Program-made: the position numbers and the translations under genes
Source of the DNA: Octopus vulgaris
Lineage: Eukaryota
Assembly: GCA_951406725.2 (NCBI GenBank)
Contig: OX597815.1
Location: 73,408,001 to 73,472,000 of the forward strand
Direction: 5' to 3'
DNA length: 64,000 nucleotides
Notes under the pieces: model-generated
The model's input: only the letters and a program-made list of their open reading frames with translations
What the model was told of the DNA's origin: nothing
The model's database searches: none
Shown here: piece by piece, positions 1 through 11,100 of the stretch
Position numbering within the stretch: the first letter of the stretch is position 1
How the letters are laid out: the number at the start of each line of letters is the position of its first letter

Positions 1-484
1 CAGCATAGAGGAGCTCCCAGGGGCATCCCGTTTTGAATTCCTCTGTTATTGCCTGGAGGACTATGATGAATAAAAGGGGACTGAGGGCTGAGCCCTGGTG
101 CACACCTACTTCTACCTGGAATTCTTCACTATATTCGTTGCCAATCCTAACCTTGCTGACAGCCTCTCTGTATAGAGCCTGTACAGCCCTTATTAGCCAT
201 TCGTCAATCTCCAGTTTCCGCATCGACCACCAGATAAGGGAACGGGGAACCCTGTCAAAGGCTTTCTCCAAGTCCACAAAAGCTATGTAGAGGGGTTTAT
301 CTTTAGCTAGGTACTTCTCCTGCAGTTGTCGGACCAGGAATATAGCATCAGTGGTGCTTCTACCTGGTACAAAACCGAACTGCATTTCATCTAAGCAAAT
401 TCTCTCCCTAATGAGATGGGTTATGACCCTCTCTGAGACCTTCATCACCTGGTCCGACAGTTTGATACCCCTGTAGTTATTTCT
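1..484 (-). mobile_element. RTE-clade non-LTR retrotransposon, 5'-truncated RT segment running off the window start
   Basis: Stop-free frame NNYRGIKL...QFGFVPGRSTTDAIF...AFVDLEKAFDRVPR...GVHQGSALSPLLF...WELLYA, which contains canonical LINE RT motifs. Confidence 0.92.
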
Positions 485-493
485 GTGTGTGTG

Positions 494-734
494 TATTAGA
501 AGAAATAAGGTACTTATAAATCTGGATGGTTTTACATTTACAGATTTTTATTAATATGTCACATGTTTTTTATAAATCATATATTAGCACTTGCATCTAC
601 TCTAGTAGAATCTGGAGATTCTACTAGAGTAGATGCTAGTGATAATATATGATTTATAAAAACATGTGACATATTAATAAAAATCTGTAAATGTAAAACC
701 ATCCAGATTTATAAGTACCTTATTTCTTCTGATA
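494..734. repeat. Near-perfect palindrome (fold-back), ~120-bp arms with a 2-nt loop
   Basis: 494-613 is the reverse complement of 616-734 with a few mismatches; centre AGAATCT-GG-AGATTCT. Confidence 0.92.
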
Positions 735-802
735 TATAATACATGTACATCATCTCCAAACCTTGCAATATATGTGTGTATATATATACATATGTATGTA
801 TG

Positions 803-837
<35 letters not shown>

Positions 838-1378
838 TTTTTCCTTGTAAGTTTGGATTTTATTCCCTCAAATAATAATTATTATATATATATATACACA
901 GATACATGCACACACACACACACACACTCACACATACATAATGATAGGTGATCTACATTTGTAGTCTGTGTTTTTTTAACTGAAATCTTTCTCTAACCCA
1001 TTATCTATACTAGTTTAGTGAATCAAGTGATGAAGTAAGCATTTAACTCTTCGTTACAACAGTTTTCAGAACTTTTCCAGGTTGTTGCAAATAGATCCTT
1101 GCTCTGAAATACTAGGTCTTTAATAAGCTGAAGATGTCAGCATTCATATAAATAGAAACCAATTCCTTAATAAAAATCTCATTCCTAAATATTATAAATG
1201 ACTCTTCAGTAATTGTATCTTCCTGAAATTTATTTCTCAAACTGCTTGAGAAAGAAGCAACCATATTTACCTTGGCAGCATTATGAAGACAAATTGCTGA
1301 AACTAATATTAATGTAAAACAGTTTCTTTCAGTGAAAGATGTTTCCAGAAATGAGATAAGCTCTACTGCAATACCTAC

Positions 1379-1431
1379 CTTTTCAAATCATCCTTCAACT
1401 TATAAATAGTATTCTGGAGGTCAGAGATAGT
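1379..1431 (-). CDS. CEP112: CEP112-like, coding exon g (53 nt, phase 0-2)
   Basis: Acceptor TTTTTATATTTTAG|ACT, donor AAG|GTAGGT. Encodes TISDLQNTIYKLKDDLK, versus recalled human IIAELQTTISSLKEENS. Confidence 0.8.
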
Positions 1432-2647
1432 CTAAAATATAAAAACGAGAAATGGGTTTCAATAAATAAAGCAAGACAAAAGACAGACAATAGAGCAAAA
1501 AAGAAAAAAAAAAGAACTTGTAGAACAATGCCTAAAAAGAAAAAAAAAAGAAAAGTTCAGTTCATGATAGAATAATATGATAAGAATGTTTTTATGTGGA
1601 AATGTTTATGATTCCTGTATAATAGTCTGTGATGAAGTTAAGTCTTATATTTATAAAGAAAATATATTTGCAGTGTTTTCCATTATACAAAAATATGCAT
1701 GTGATAGGTATATCTATCAATATGTGTGTGTGCAAACACACAGTGGTAGGTATATATGTATATATACATATATATCAATGTGTGTGTATAAGAACATAAT
1801 GGTAGCTGTATCTATATCAATATATGAGCATAAGCACATTGATCTATCTAAGTGTGTGTGTATGTGTGTGTGCGTGTGCACAAACACACATCAAAAGGAT
1901 ATATAATGAGATCATGTGCATATGAAATCAAAGATGATGTTTTTTGTTATTCAAATTGATGGTCGTCTACTATTATACATTTATATATATATATATATAT
2001 ATATATGGAAAAACAAAGCAAAAACTTGGTGATAGCGAGATAACAATATAGGGTCTATAATGAAAACAGTTCACACATTAGAAGAGATAAATGACCAAAT
2101 TAAAAGTAATACAAGTTAAGCATCAGTCAAATTCTTTCTAAATTTCAATTTCACAATCTTCAAGTTAACAAAGCACTGATAAACTTCAAAATAATTAACT
2201 TTAATTACAATTATTGCATATAAACCGAAGGAGGTTTTTATAGTTTGTTTGTTTCTTAGTTTTTTTAAAGTTTTGGTAAGCACTTTTTAAAATAGTTATT
2301 ATTTCAGATTATTTAACCACCAACTCACAAAAAAAAGAAGAAATATTGAGATATATAGAAATGGGTGTGAATCAAAAGGGTTGAATGGAGATTGCTGTTA
2401 TAATTAAAATACTAGCTGCTGTACAACCCTGGTAGCCCTGATTAAGAAGACCTATGGCACCACGTAGGTAGTTGGTGCACTCCACTGATCCATAGCTTCA
2501 GATATGACTTACTACCATCTAGTTGAAGGCCATTCTGATATGTAAGGCTGATTGAATATGATGCAGTGTTACTGTTTACATATTTTTTAGTTCCCTCTAC
2601 CATCTAGCACACTTACCTACCCACTCACCTTTTCTGTTCTTCTATCC

Positions 2648-2977
2648 CAGTGGTTCTCAAACAGGGTTCATACAACCCCACTCCCGAGGGGGGGGATGTA
2701 AAATTTTTGAAGCAAAATTTTTCAAGCAAATAGTAAACTGGAGATCTACAGTATTTGAAGTGTCCATAGACAAATTTTGCTTTAGATGTATTTATTGCAA
2801 GAAACAGCTTGGTTTCTTTCTCTAACATTTTACATAGATCAAATGGCAAGTTATTGTTTGAAAAGCAAAATTGGAATTTAGGAAAGAGTGTCTATAAAAC
2901 TAGTTTTTAATGGCTTTGGAGGTCCACCAGAATAGACAAAGAGGTCTACAGGTAAAAAAAATGGCTGAGAACCACTG
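2648..2977. mobile_element. hAT (Charlie-like) MITE
   Basis: TIRs CAGTGGTTCTCAA...TGAGAACCACTG, with degenerate 8-bp flanks TTCTATCC/ATTTGTCC. The interior matches the 9650 copy in reverse. Confidence 0.75.
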
Positions 2978-4244
2978 ATTTGTCCATCCTATTTCCCTAT
3001 TTCTGTCTCATACTTGTCTTGTACTTTGATTTAACATCTCTCTCTCTCTCTCTCCACACATGGGGAAGTCGTGTATTTAGCTCTTCAGCAAGATACCTGC
3101 TCCTGTTCCTTTATCATACTTTCATATTCCTCAAAACTTACACCCCACTCAGTTTAGGTCTTAAAGGGTACTTTGGGACATCACTAGTGTTGGTGCCACA
3201 GAAAAACCCACCCAATACACTCTAAAGTGGTTGATATTAAGAAGGGCATCAAGCTGTAGAAGCGATGTCAAAGCAGACATTGGAGCTTGGCACAACCCTC
3301 TGGCCCATCAGTTCATGTCAAACTGTCCAACCCATGCCAGCATGGAAAAAGGGACACTAAATGAGGATGTTGATGATGATGATGTATGTTGTTTAGCCCA
3401 AAGTAAGCCCTAAGACAAAGGGACATATGGTTGTAATCCTACATTTAGATTCCATTTTGGCTTATCTCTCTGTTGTTGTTATTTAGCCTCAAGTCAATTC
3501 AGATTGAACAAGAAGATAAAAGCCCTTCTGGCTATGGCCATCAAGCCATTTTTAGGGATGTGATACACTACATTCTCTAATGTATGTTCTCTTTTTTTTT
3601 TAAGATGATGGGGAGTGATCTGAGTGAGGATTGGCTATAGGTTCTGATAGTGGCTGCAACAAAGGTAGCTACTAGCCATCTATCATATGTAGTTCTACTC
3701 TCATGGATTACAGCAGTATGATATAGCAGTAGTTAGGAAAGTGATAGAGGTATGAGTCATAGGGAGATGAGGGATGGGAAAGGCTTGACAGGGATGGTGA
3801 AGTAGGTGAAACAATAGAGCTTCAAACTATATATATTCTATTCTACCAACATTCTGTCAACTCTGGTGTACATAAGGGTTCAGCTATTCCTCCTATCCCC
3901 TTTCTTCTATACATTAATGTTATGATTGCTGTTGCATCTGACATCATGGCATCAGGAAGAGCATCCAACTGTAGGAACCATGATAAAATCAGATTGGAAC
4001 CTGGTGCAGCTCCCCGGCTTACCAGTTTTCTGTTAAACTGTGCAACCCATGCCAGCATGAAAAATGGACGTTAAATGATGATGATGATGATGATGATGAT
4101 ATGCTTATTAGTAGATGATGTTGGTCTTCATTACATAACTTTCCATACCCAGATGCAATCTGTTCAACTAAAAACCTTCAAAGTGGTTCTTCAGCATAAC
4201 TACAATCCAATTACTAAAATATTTATTATACAACGCTAATAAAG

Positions 4245-4668
4245 GTAGGCACAAGCCTGGCTGTGTGGTCAAAAAGTTTACTTCCCAACCATGTGGTTTG
4301 AAGTTCAGTTTCCCTGCTTGATTGACCAAGACATTGTGTGTGGATTTGATAGATGGAAACAGAAAGAATCCTGTCTTATGTGGGTGTGTGAGAGAGAGAG
4401 AGAGAGAGTGTGTGTGTGTATCCTTATTTTGACATTACATGTTGATTGTAAACAAGCACCATCATACAAGTGAGGTTGCTCAGTTTCAGTCTTCCATGAA
4501 AAACATTTTCTGGCCATGAAGAAATATTACTTTGTTTAAAAACAGGTGAGGGTTAGTACAGGAAGGGCATCCAGCTGTAGAAAATCTGCCTCAACAAATT
4601 CCATCTGACCCATAAAAGCATGGAAAAGTGAGCATTAAAATGATAGTGATGATGATGATGATGATGAT
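4245..4668 (+). mobile_element. SINE, family B head + microsatellite + F tail ending in (GAT)n
   Basis: Head GGCTGTGTGGT...CCCAACCATGTGGT..AGTTCAGT; tail ...AATATTAC...AGGAAGGGCATCCAGCTGTAGAAAATCTGCCTC...(GAT)n. Related copies or tails at ~6553-6970 (+), 14593-14730 (-), 20049-20520 (-), 24536-25155 (+), 41925-42175 (+), 43740-43960 (-), 49670-50050 (-), 52385-52585 (+). Confidence 0.8.
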
Positions 4669-4937
4669 GGCAAAGAAACCATTAATTAAATTTCATTCCA
4701 ACAAATTCAGATATTATGGATTTATATTGAGAGAAACAATGTTTTTCTCAATAAATCTAAACATTGCTAATTAGGTATTTGGGGGATACAGCAAACCAGC
4801 AGAAAACAAATAAACAAACAAAATACATTTTGTACTTACAAATTATGTTAATAATAATATATTGATATACATGTATTCTATCAAATATTGGCGATTACAA
4901 ATAAATAAGCATATAACATTTATCATAATAATTACCA

Positions 4938-5280
4938 TCATTATCATTAACCTTTTAAGCTTGCTTTCCTTTTTGGCATGGATTGGTTGATTTGATAGGA
5001 TCCAACCAGTTGGAGGATTGTATCATGCTTCAATGCATCAGTTTCGGCATGGTTTCTATGGCTAGATATACTTTCTAATGCTATCCATTATACAGAGTGT
5101 CCTGCATACATTATCATTAACCTTTTAAGTTCGCTTTCCCGGCTGACATGGATGGTTGATTTGACAGGATCTAACCAGTCGGAGGACCTTGTCATGCTCC
5201 AAGGCATCAGTTTTGGTATGGTTTCTATGGCTGGATGTCTTTTCTAATGCTATCCTCTATACAGAATGTCCTGTATATAT
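4938..5280 (-). repeat. Tandem duplication (~170 bp x2) of a diverged family C-like repeat
   Basis: CATTATCATTAACCTTTTAAG...TACAGA(G/A)TGTCCTG occurs at ~4939 and again at ~5109. Confidence 0.8.
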
Positions 5281-5564
5281 TGTGTTTGTGGCACCAGCAT
5301 TGTAGAAGTTATCTTGTCCCCAGCAAGACTTGAAGAGTACTCTCAAGCCTGCATTGTCTCTTACTCAATTTGCCAACCATTTTACAGTGTGGTGGGTGAT
5401 TTTTTTTTGGAGCACAGCAGTAGTGAGGACAGTTTGTAACTTGAAATACTTAAGAGCTCCCATAACAGAAAGTAGACAAGGAGAGAGTAGTGACTTTAGG
5501 TGAAATAACAAGGAATGGACATTATGGGTCAAGGGACTGGGTTGTGTAGTGTAGGGCATTAGAT

Positions 5565-5956
5565 TGTGGCCATGCTGGAGCATCTTGAATCTTTTTACTC
5601 AAATGTATCAACTCCAGTACTTATTTGTTCTCAGCCTGATACTTAGTCTATCAGTCTCTCTTGCAAACTGCTAAGTTACAGGGATGTAAGTACACCAACA
5701 CTGGTTGTCAAGTGGTGGTGGGGGGGACAAAGACACACTTATATATATATATACATAATACATACATAAGGTGGCGAGCTGGCAGAAACGTTAGCACACC
5801 GAGCAAAATGCGTAGCCATATTTTGTCTGCCACTACGTTCTGAGTTTAAATTCCGCCGATGGGGTCGATGTAATTGACTTAATCTGTTTGTCTGCCCTTG
5901 TTTGTTCCCTCTGTGTTTAGCCACTTGTGGGTAGTAAAGAAATATATATATACATA

Positions 5957-5987
<31 letters not shown>

Positions 5988-6127
5988 GATAGATAGATAG
6001 ATATACACATGACGAGCTTCTTTCAGTTTCCATCTACCAAAACCACTCATTTGGCCTGAAGATATCCACACAGTGGGACTGAACCTGGAACATGGGTTTG
6101 GGAAGCAAGCTTCTTACCACACAGCCA
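5565..6127 (-). mobile_element. SINE family B copy interrupted by an internally deleted family A SINE (+, ~5770-5944)
   Basis: The B tail (5565-5740) and B head (6010-6127) flank GGCGAGCTGGCAGAAACGTTAGC...GGGTAGTAAAGAAATA. Confidence 0.8.
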
Positions 6128-6450
6128 TCATCATCATCATTTAGCGTCTGCTTTCCATGCTAGCATGGGTTGGACAGTTCAACTGGGGTCTGGGAAGCCA
6201 GAAGGCTGCACCAGGCCCAGTCTGATCTGGCAATGTTTCTATGGCTAGATGCCCTTCCTAACGCCAACCACTCCGTGAGTGTAGTGGGTGCTTTTTATGT
6301 GCCACCGGCACAGATGCCAGACGGGGCTGGCAAATGGCCACGGTCAAATGGCGCTTTTTACGTGCTACCGGCATGGAGGCCCGTCGGGGCGGCGCTGGCA
6401 ACGGCCACGTTCAGATGGTTCACTTACATGCCACCAGCACTGGTATCACA
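6127..6450 (-). mobile_element. Repeat family C ((GAT)n-tailed SINE or LINE 3' UTR derivative)
   Basis: (CAT)n followed by ...GATGCCCTTCCTAACGCCAACCACTCC...GTGCTTTTTATGTGCCACCGGCAC; reverse complement of the 15095 copy. Confidence 0.8.
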
Positions 6451-7693
6451 GCTACAATTTCCATTGATGTTGATCGATTTCGATTTCCACTTGCCTCAAC
6501 AGGTCTTCACAAGTAGAGTTTTGTGTCCCAAGAAGGAAATTTATATATTTATAGGCATGTCTATGTAGTTAAGAAAGTCACCTCCCAACCATATTGTTTC
6601 AAGTTCAATCTTACTGTGTGTTGGACCTTGAGCAAGTGTTTTCTACTTTAGTTCAGGGTCATCTAAACAACCTTGTGAATGGATTTGTTCGACAGAAACT
6701 GGAAAAAGCCCATCATGTGTGTGTGGTGCATATGTGTCTTCTTGTCTTGATATTATGTGATGGTTGTAAATGAGCATCACTGTCATACAAGCAGTGTCCT
6801 TCATTTCCAGTCTTCAGTGAAAACATCTGACCATGGGAAAATATTACCTCGCTTGGAAACAATTGAAGGTTGGTAACAGGAAAGGTATCCGACCATAGAA
6901 AATCTGCCTCAATGTATTCCATCTGATCCATGCAAGCATAGAACAGTACAATGATGATATTGATGATATCATTTCATTTAATGCCTGATTTTTATGCTTC
7001 CGCAGCACAGATGGAAGTTAAGTACTGAGGTAGTGTTTGTTATGGTTGGATACACTTCTTGTTGCCAACCCCTCACATGTTTGTCAAGTGAGGGTTTTTT
7101 ATTCCAGAGGAACTCCAGAGCACAGAGAGCGCAGATGATTTTGTTGACAGCAAATGACAACAAATTTCACTAGTTGCAATCATCATCATCATCATCATCA
7201 TCATCATTTAACATCTGCTTTCCATGCTAGCATGGGTTGAACGATTTGACTGAGTTTCTATGGCTGAATGCCCTTCCTAATGCCAACTACTCGGAGAGTG
7301 TAGTGGGTGCTTTTACATGCCACTGGCACAAGGGCCAGTCAGGCAGTACTGGTGGTGGCCATGCTCAAATGGTGCTTTTTATGTGCCACCTGCACAAGAG
7401 CCAGTCCAGCAGCACTGGCAACAACCTCGTTCGAATGTTTTTTCACATGACACCACTAACAAGGATGTCATCATCTGTAGGTGAGCTTCAAATCATGATG
7501 TGACTGTGTGTACTCATAGTTATATTCACACAAGCATGTACACTCAATTTGGCTGTTAGCCTTATAGTTTGCTTTAGAAAAGCCAGTCCACAGATATCAA
7601 CTATCAGGTAGATTTTACAGTGCATTACAGTGAAGAGTTGACATTTTCCAGTATTGTTGAAGTAATACTAAAACGATGTATTATTTTGTATAT

Positions 7694-8856
7694 TATAATA
7701 ATAATAAAATAATAATAATAATAATTGTGTACAGTGCTCAGGTGCACTACAACTCATCTAAAGTGTATATATAATCAGGTGTAGTTTCGGCGGATTTCGG
7801 AAAGCATGAGGGCCTTAAAGGATGCAATGTCATGGCAGTCAACAACTGACGCAGGCAGTTTATTCCATGCTTCAGCAACTCTGAGCGTGAAAAAATGTTT
7901 CCGAAAGTCATGGGAGCTGTGTTGTTTTCTGACTTTGTAGGCATGTCCACGTGTGTTAGACACATGGAGATCAAAAAGGTGTTCAGTGTTGTTGGTGAGG
8001 TGGTTGATAACCTTGTGGGTGTTTACCAAGTCCGTTGCCAGACGCCGGAGCTTCAGTGAATCCATGCCCAGGGAAACAAGGCGCTCAGAATATGGTAGGT
8101 GTCTGATGGAGGGTATGCGTTTGGTTGCACGTCTCTGGACAGATTCCAGGAGGTCAATGTTCTGAGCAAGATAGGGATTCCAAACTGATGATGCGAATTC
8201 CAAGTGTGGTCGTACCATAGCTGTATACAGTTTTAAATAGATGGCTGGAGAGCGGCTAACTTGCTGAGTGATGCCAAGACACCCTCGGCCTTCTTGACAA
8301 TTTTAGAGATATGCTTTGTCCAACGCAAATCACTGCTGACAGTGATGCCTAGGTCACGCTCGCAAGAGGATTTCTTGATATCAGTGTTGTGGAGGGAGTA
8401 TGTGGACGCAGGGTTTTTTCTCCCAAAATGCATGGTGGTACATTTGTCCACAGCCAGTTTCAGTTGCCAGTCTGTGATCCATTGCTGCATTGTGTCTAGG
8501 TCTGATTGCAGGAAAGAGTTGTAGACATCAGGATCAGTCCTCTTGATTTCAAGGTACAGCTTGATGTCGTCTGCATATTTCAATACTGTGGCATTCTTTA
8601 AATTGGCATCTATGTCATTAATGTATGCCACAAACAGGAGGGGACCAAGGACAGATCCCTGTGGTACACCCGATGACATCTCATATGGTGTAGAGTGCTG
8701 TCCTAGAACTGTGACTACCTCCTTTCGGCTGAGGATGAAGGATTTCAACCAGTTAAAAAGGTCATCCCCCACACCCATTGCAGAGAGTTTCACCATAAGC
8801 CTTTTGTGTGGCACAGAGTTGAAAGCCTTAGCAAAGTCAAGGTAGACAACATCCAG
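7694..8856 (-). mobile_element. CR1-clade LINE, 5'-truncated (RT plus C-terminus), one frameshift, (ATT)n tail
   Basis: Track ORFs 8233..8814 (SGVPQGSVLGPLLF, KYADD) and 7775..8218 (VRPHLEFASSVWNP, LESVQRRATK, FFTLRVAEAWNKLP), preceded by LDVVYLDFAKAF. Frameshift near 8255. The 3' UTR ends in an ATT repeat at ~7694-7724. Confidence 0.93.
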
Positions 8857-9379
8857 TAGTATTCCAGCAATAATTCCTAGTAAAATGTTGACAAAACCAT
8901 TGTAGTATTATGCAATAAAATGTGTTGCTCACTCCATTCTCCTGTTTAGCAAGTGCAAGATTGGTAGAATCGAAAGCTTCCTTATGTAGTTGCAATTGCA
9001 CTGGGCTGGTCATATCATCAGAACAAGTGATGAAAGAATACACAAAGCCCTCTTGTACAGCTAGCCTGATAGTGGGCACAGGAATGTTACCTTTGTCAAG
9101 AACATGGTAACCTCTCTAGTACTAGTATCACAATAAAGTACAGCCAATACACATCCAATATCATATGAACTGAGCTAAAACAAAAGAGAGCAATATATCC
9201 TCTAACCTATTCTAGGGAGCAAGCATCTCAAACTGCAACAACCCGTCCTATCCATGTCAGCATAGAAAGTAGGCAGGCCACAGTGAGAAGGAAGAGAATC
9301 ATAACCCAACCAGTATTTCTTTTGTCTTCCTTTTCATTATTTTCATTCTTTCAGATGGAAGTAGATTTGTTTTAGAAAC

Positions 9380-9640
9380 CAGTTATCAGTCATTCGGTCA
9401 AGGTGTTCTGCCCAGGTGATTATTTCAATGTTGGCTTCACTGATGTTTGTTTGATTGTCCTGCCAGCTGATTTCAAGAATGCTTCAAAGGATGCACTAAT
9501 GAAAATGTTCCAAGATCTTCAGATAGTGCTAATAGGTTCCTAAGCTTCAGATCTGCAGAGAAGTGTTGGGAAAACTATGGTCTTGGAAATTACGGCCATT
9601 TTCCTGTCCGTTTCTGATATCTCAATCTTGAAGTTCTATG
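9380..9640 (-). mobile_element. Highly decayed RTE-like LINE C-terminal remnant
   Basis: Broken frames resembling PTLL.GSEAW and ILEHFHQCIL..ILEISWQD. Confidence 0.4.
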
Positions 9641-9649
9641 TTTCTAAAT

Positions 9650-10030
9650 CAGGGGTTCTCAACCATTTAAAAAAATTTATGGATCGCTTTGATTACTATT
9701 TTATTCTGGTGGACCCCCATAACCAGAATTTTGTCAGTGATCAGGTTTTGGTCTCAAAGTTTAAAAACTAGTTTTATAGAAACTTCTTTCAATATTTCCA
9801 TTTTGTTTTTCCACCCATTAACTTGTGTAGGTTTAACTATGTAAAATGTCAGAGAAAGAAACCTAGCTGTTTCTTGCAATACATATAAAGCAAAATTTTC
9901 TCAGGGACCCTTAAATACTATTGTGGATCATCAAATTACTATTTTGTTACATGGACACCCCCACCCACCCTGCTCAATCTTATATGAACCCTCAGGAGGC
10001 CATCTGGAGCCTGGTTGAGAACCGCAGCTG
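9650..10030. mobile_element. hAT (Charlie-like) MITE, same family as 2648-2977, opposite orientation
   Basis: Ends CAGGGGTTCTCAACC...GGTTGAGAACCGC; internal block 9770-9930 is the reverse complement of ~2740-2905. Confidence 0.72.
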
Positions 10031-10959
10031 TAAATGAACCAAAATCTGCTCCAGCGCAGCAAAGCGTGTAACTAAATTTGTTTACTGACATCAGTATTAG
10101 AAGACAGACAGTTTCAGAGATATGAGAAGTAGCTAACATTTTTTGAGAGCCCTTCCATTTAGTTCAAGCGAAGATGCCAAGAGTGCTTCTATCTAGAAGA
10201 AAGCTGGTGTAGAATGTCATTGGTCTGATGTTTGGTCTAAGTTGGCTATTAGCATGGTTGAACATTTGGAGAATGTTTTGCAGGATTTTCCCTTGAGTTT
10301 GTGGCATCAAACACTACAACCTGTACCTTGTAGACATGATGTTTCTGAACTCTGCTTCATTTTATCACAGCTATAATGGTTTATCTCCTGAGGTAACAAA
10401 CTTCATACTCCACCCTAATGCACCTGTTTATATTCCTTGAATTATCTAACTATTTCACACAGCAGATCTTATTACTAAATGCTCGACCATGTCTATCCAG
10501 AACTGCAGTTCTCTGAAAGTTCTGCCCTGTCCACATTTGATCCAGAGTCAATGACGGCATTAACCTCACAATTTGGGAGAATCATAAAAGTAATAATAAT
10601 GTTCCTTACATGAGCACCAGGTGTGAAATTTGGGGTTAGTTGAGTAAATCAACCCAGTACCTGACTGGCACTTTATTCTATCAACACTGAAAGGAACTTA
10701 TATTGTAAAGAGTTGGAAGAAATGCACCAAGCATTTTGCCTGATGCTCTACTGATTCTGCCAGATTGCCATCTTTATGCGGGGGTGTAAGTCAATTACAT
10801 CAACTTCATAGCTCAATTGGTACTCATTTTATTGACCCTGAAAGGATGAAAAGTAGAGTTGACCGTAGCAGAATTTGAACTCCGAATGTAAAGATGGACA
10901 AAATATCGCTAAGCATTTTGCCAGTATGCTAAATGATAATAATCATTGAAAATAGTATT

Positions 10960-11100
10960 ATTTGGGACAGCTAGGATACTTAGGAAGGTTCTTGGCATCT
11001 AAGGTCACTTGTTGTAGCCCAATGTTGGGAATTTTTCTTTTCCAACAGTCTAATGTGTTATGCATATATGAAATAATGATAATAACAACAATAATGCCAA
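10960..11100 (+). mobile_element. Short 3' end of an R4/Dong-like non-LTR element
   Basis: Reads LGTARILRKVLGI*, typical of the C-terminus of RLE-type LINEs, followed by an AAT-rich tail. Confidence 0.4.

Noticed and set aside
33-290. Plus-strand ORFs overlapping LINEs (33..290, 7953..8165, 8261..8524, 8543..8845)
   Set aside because: Antisense shadows of reverse-transcriptase coding sequence.
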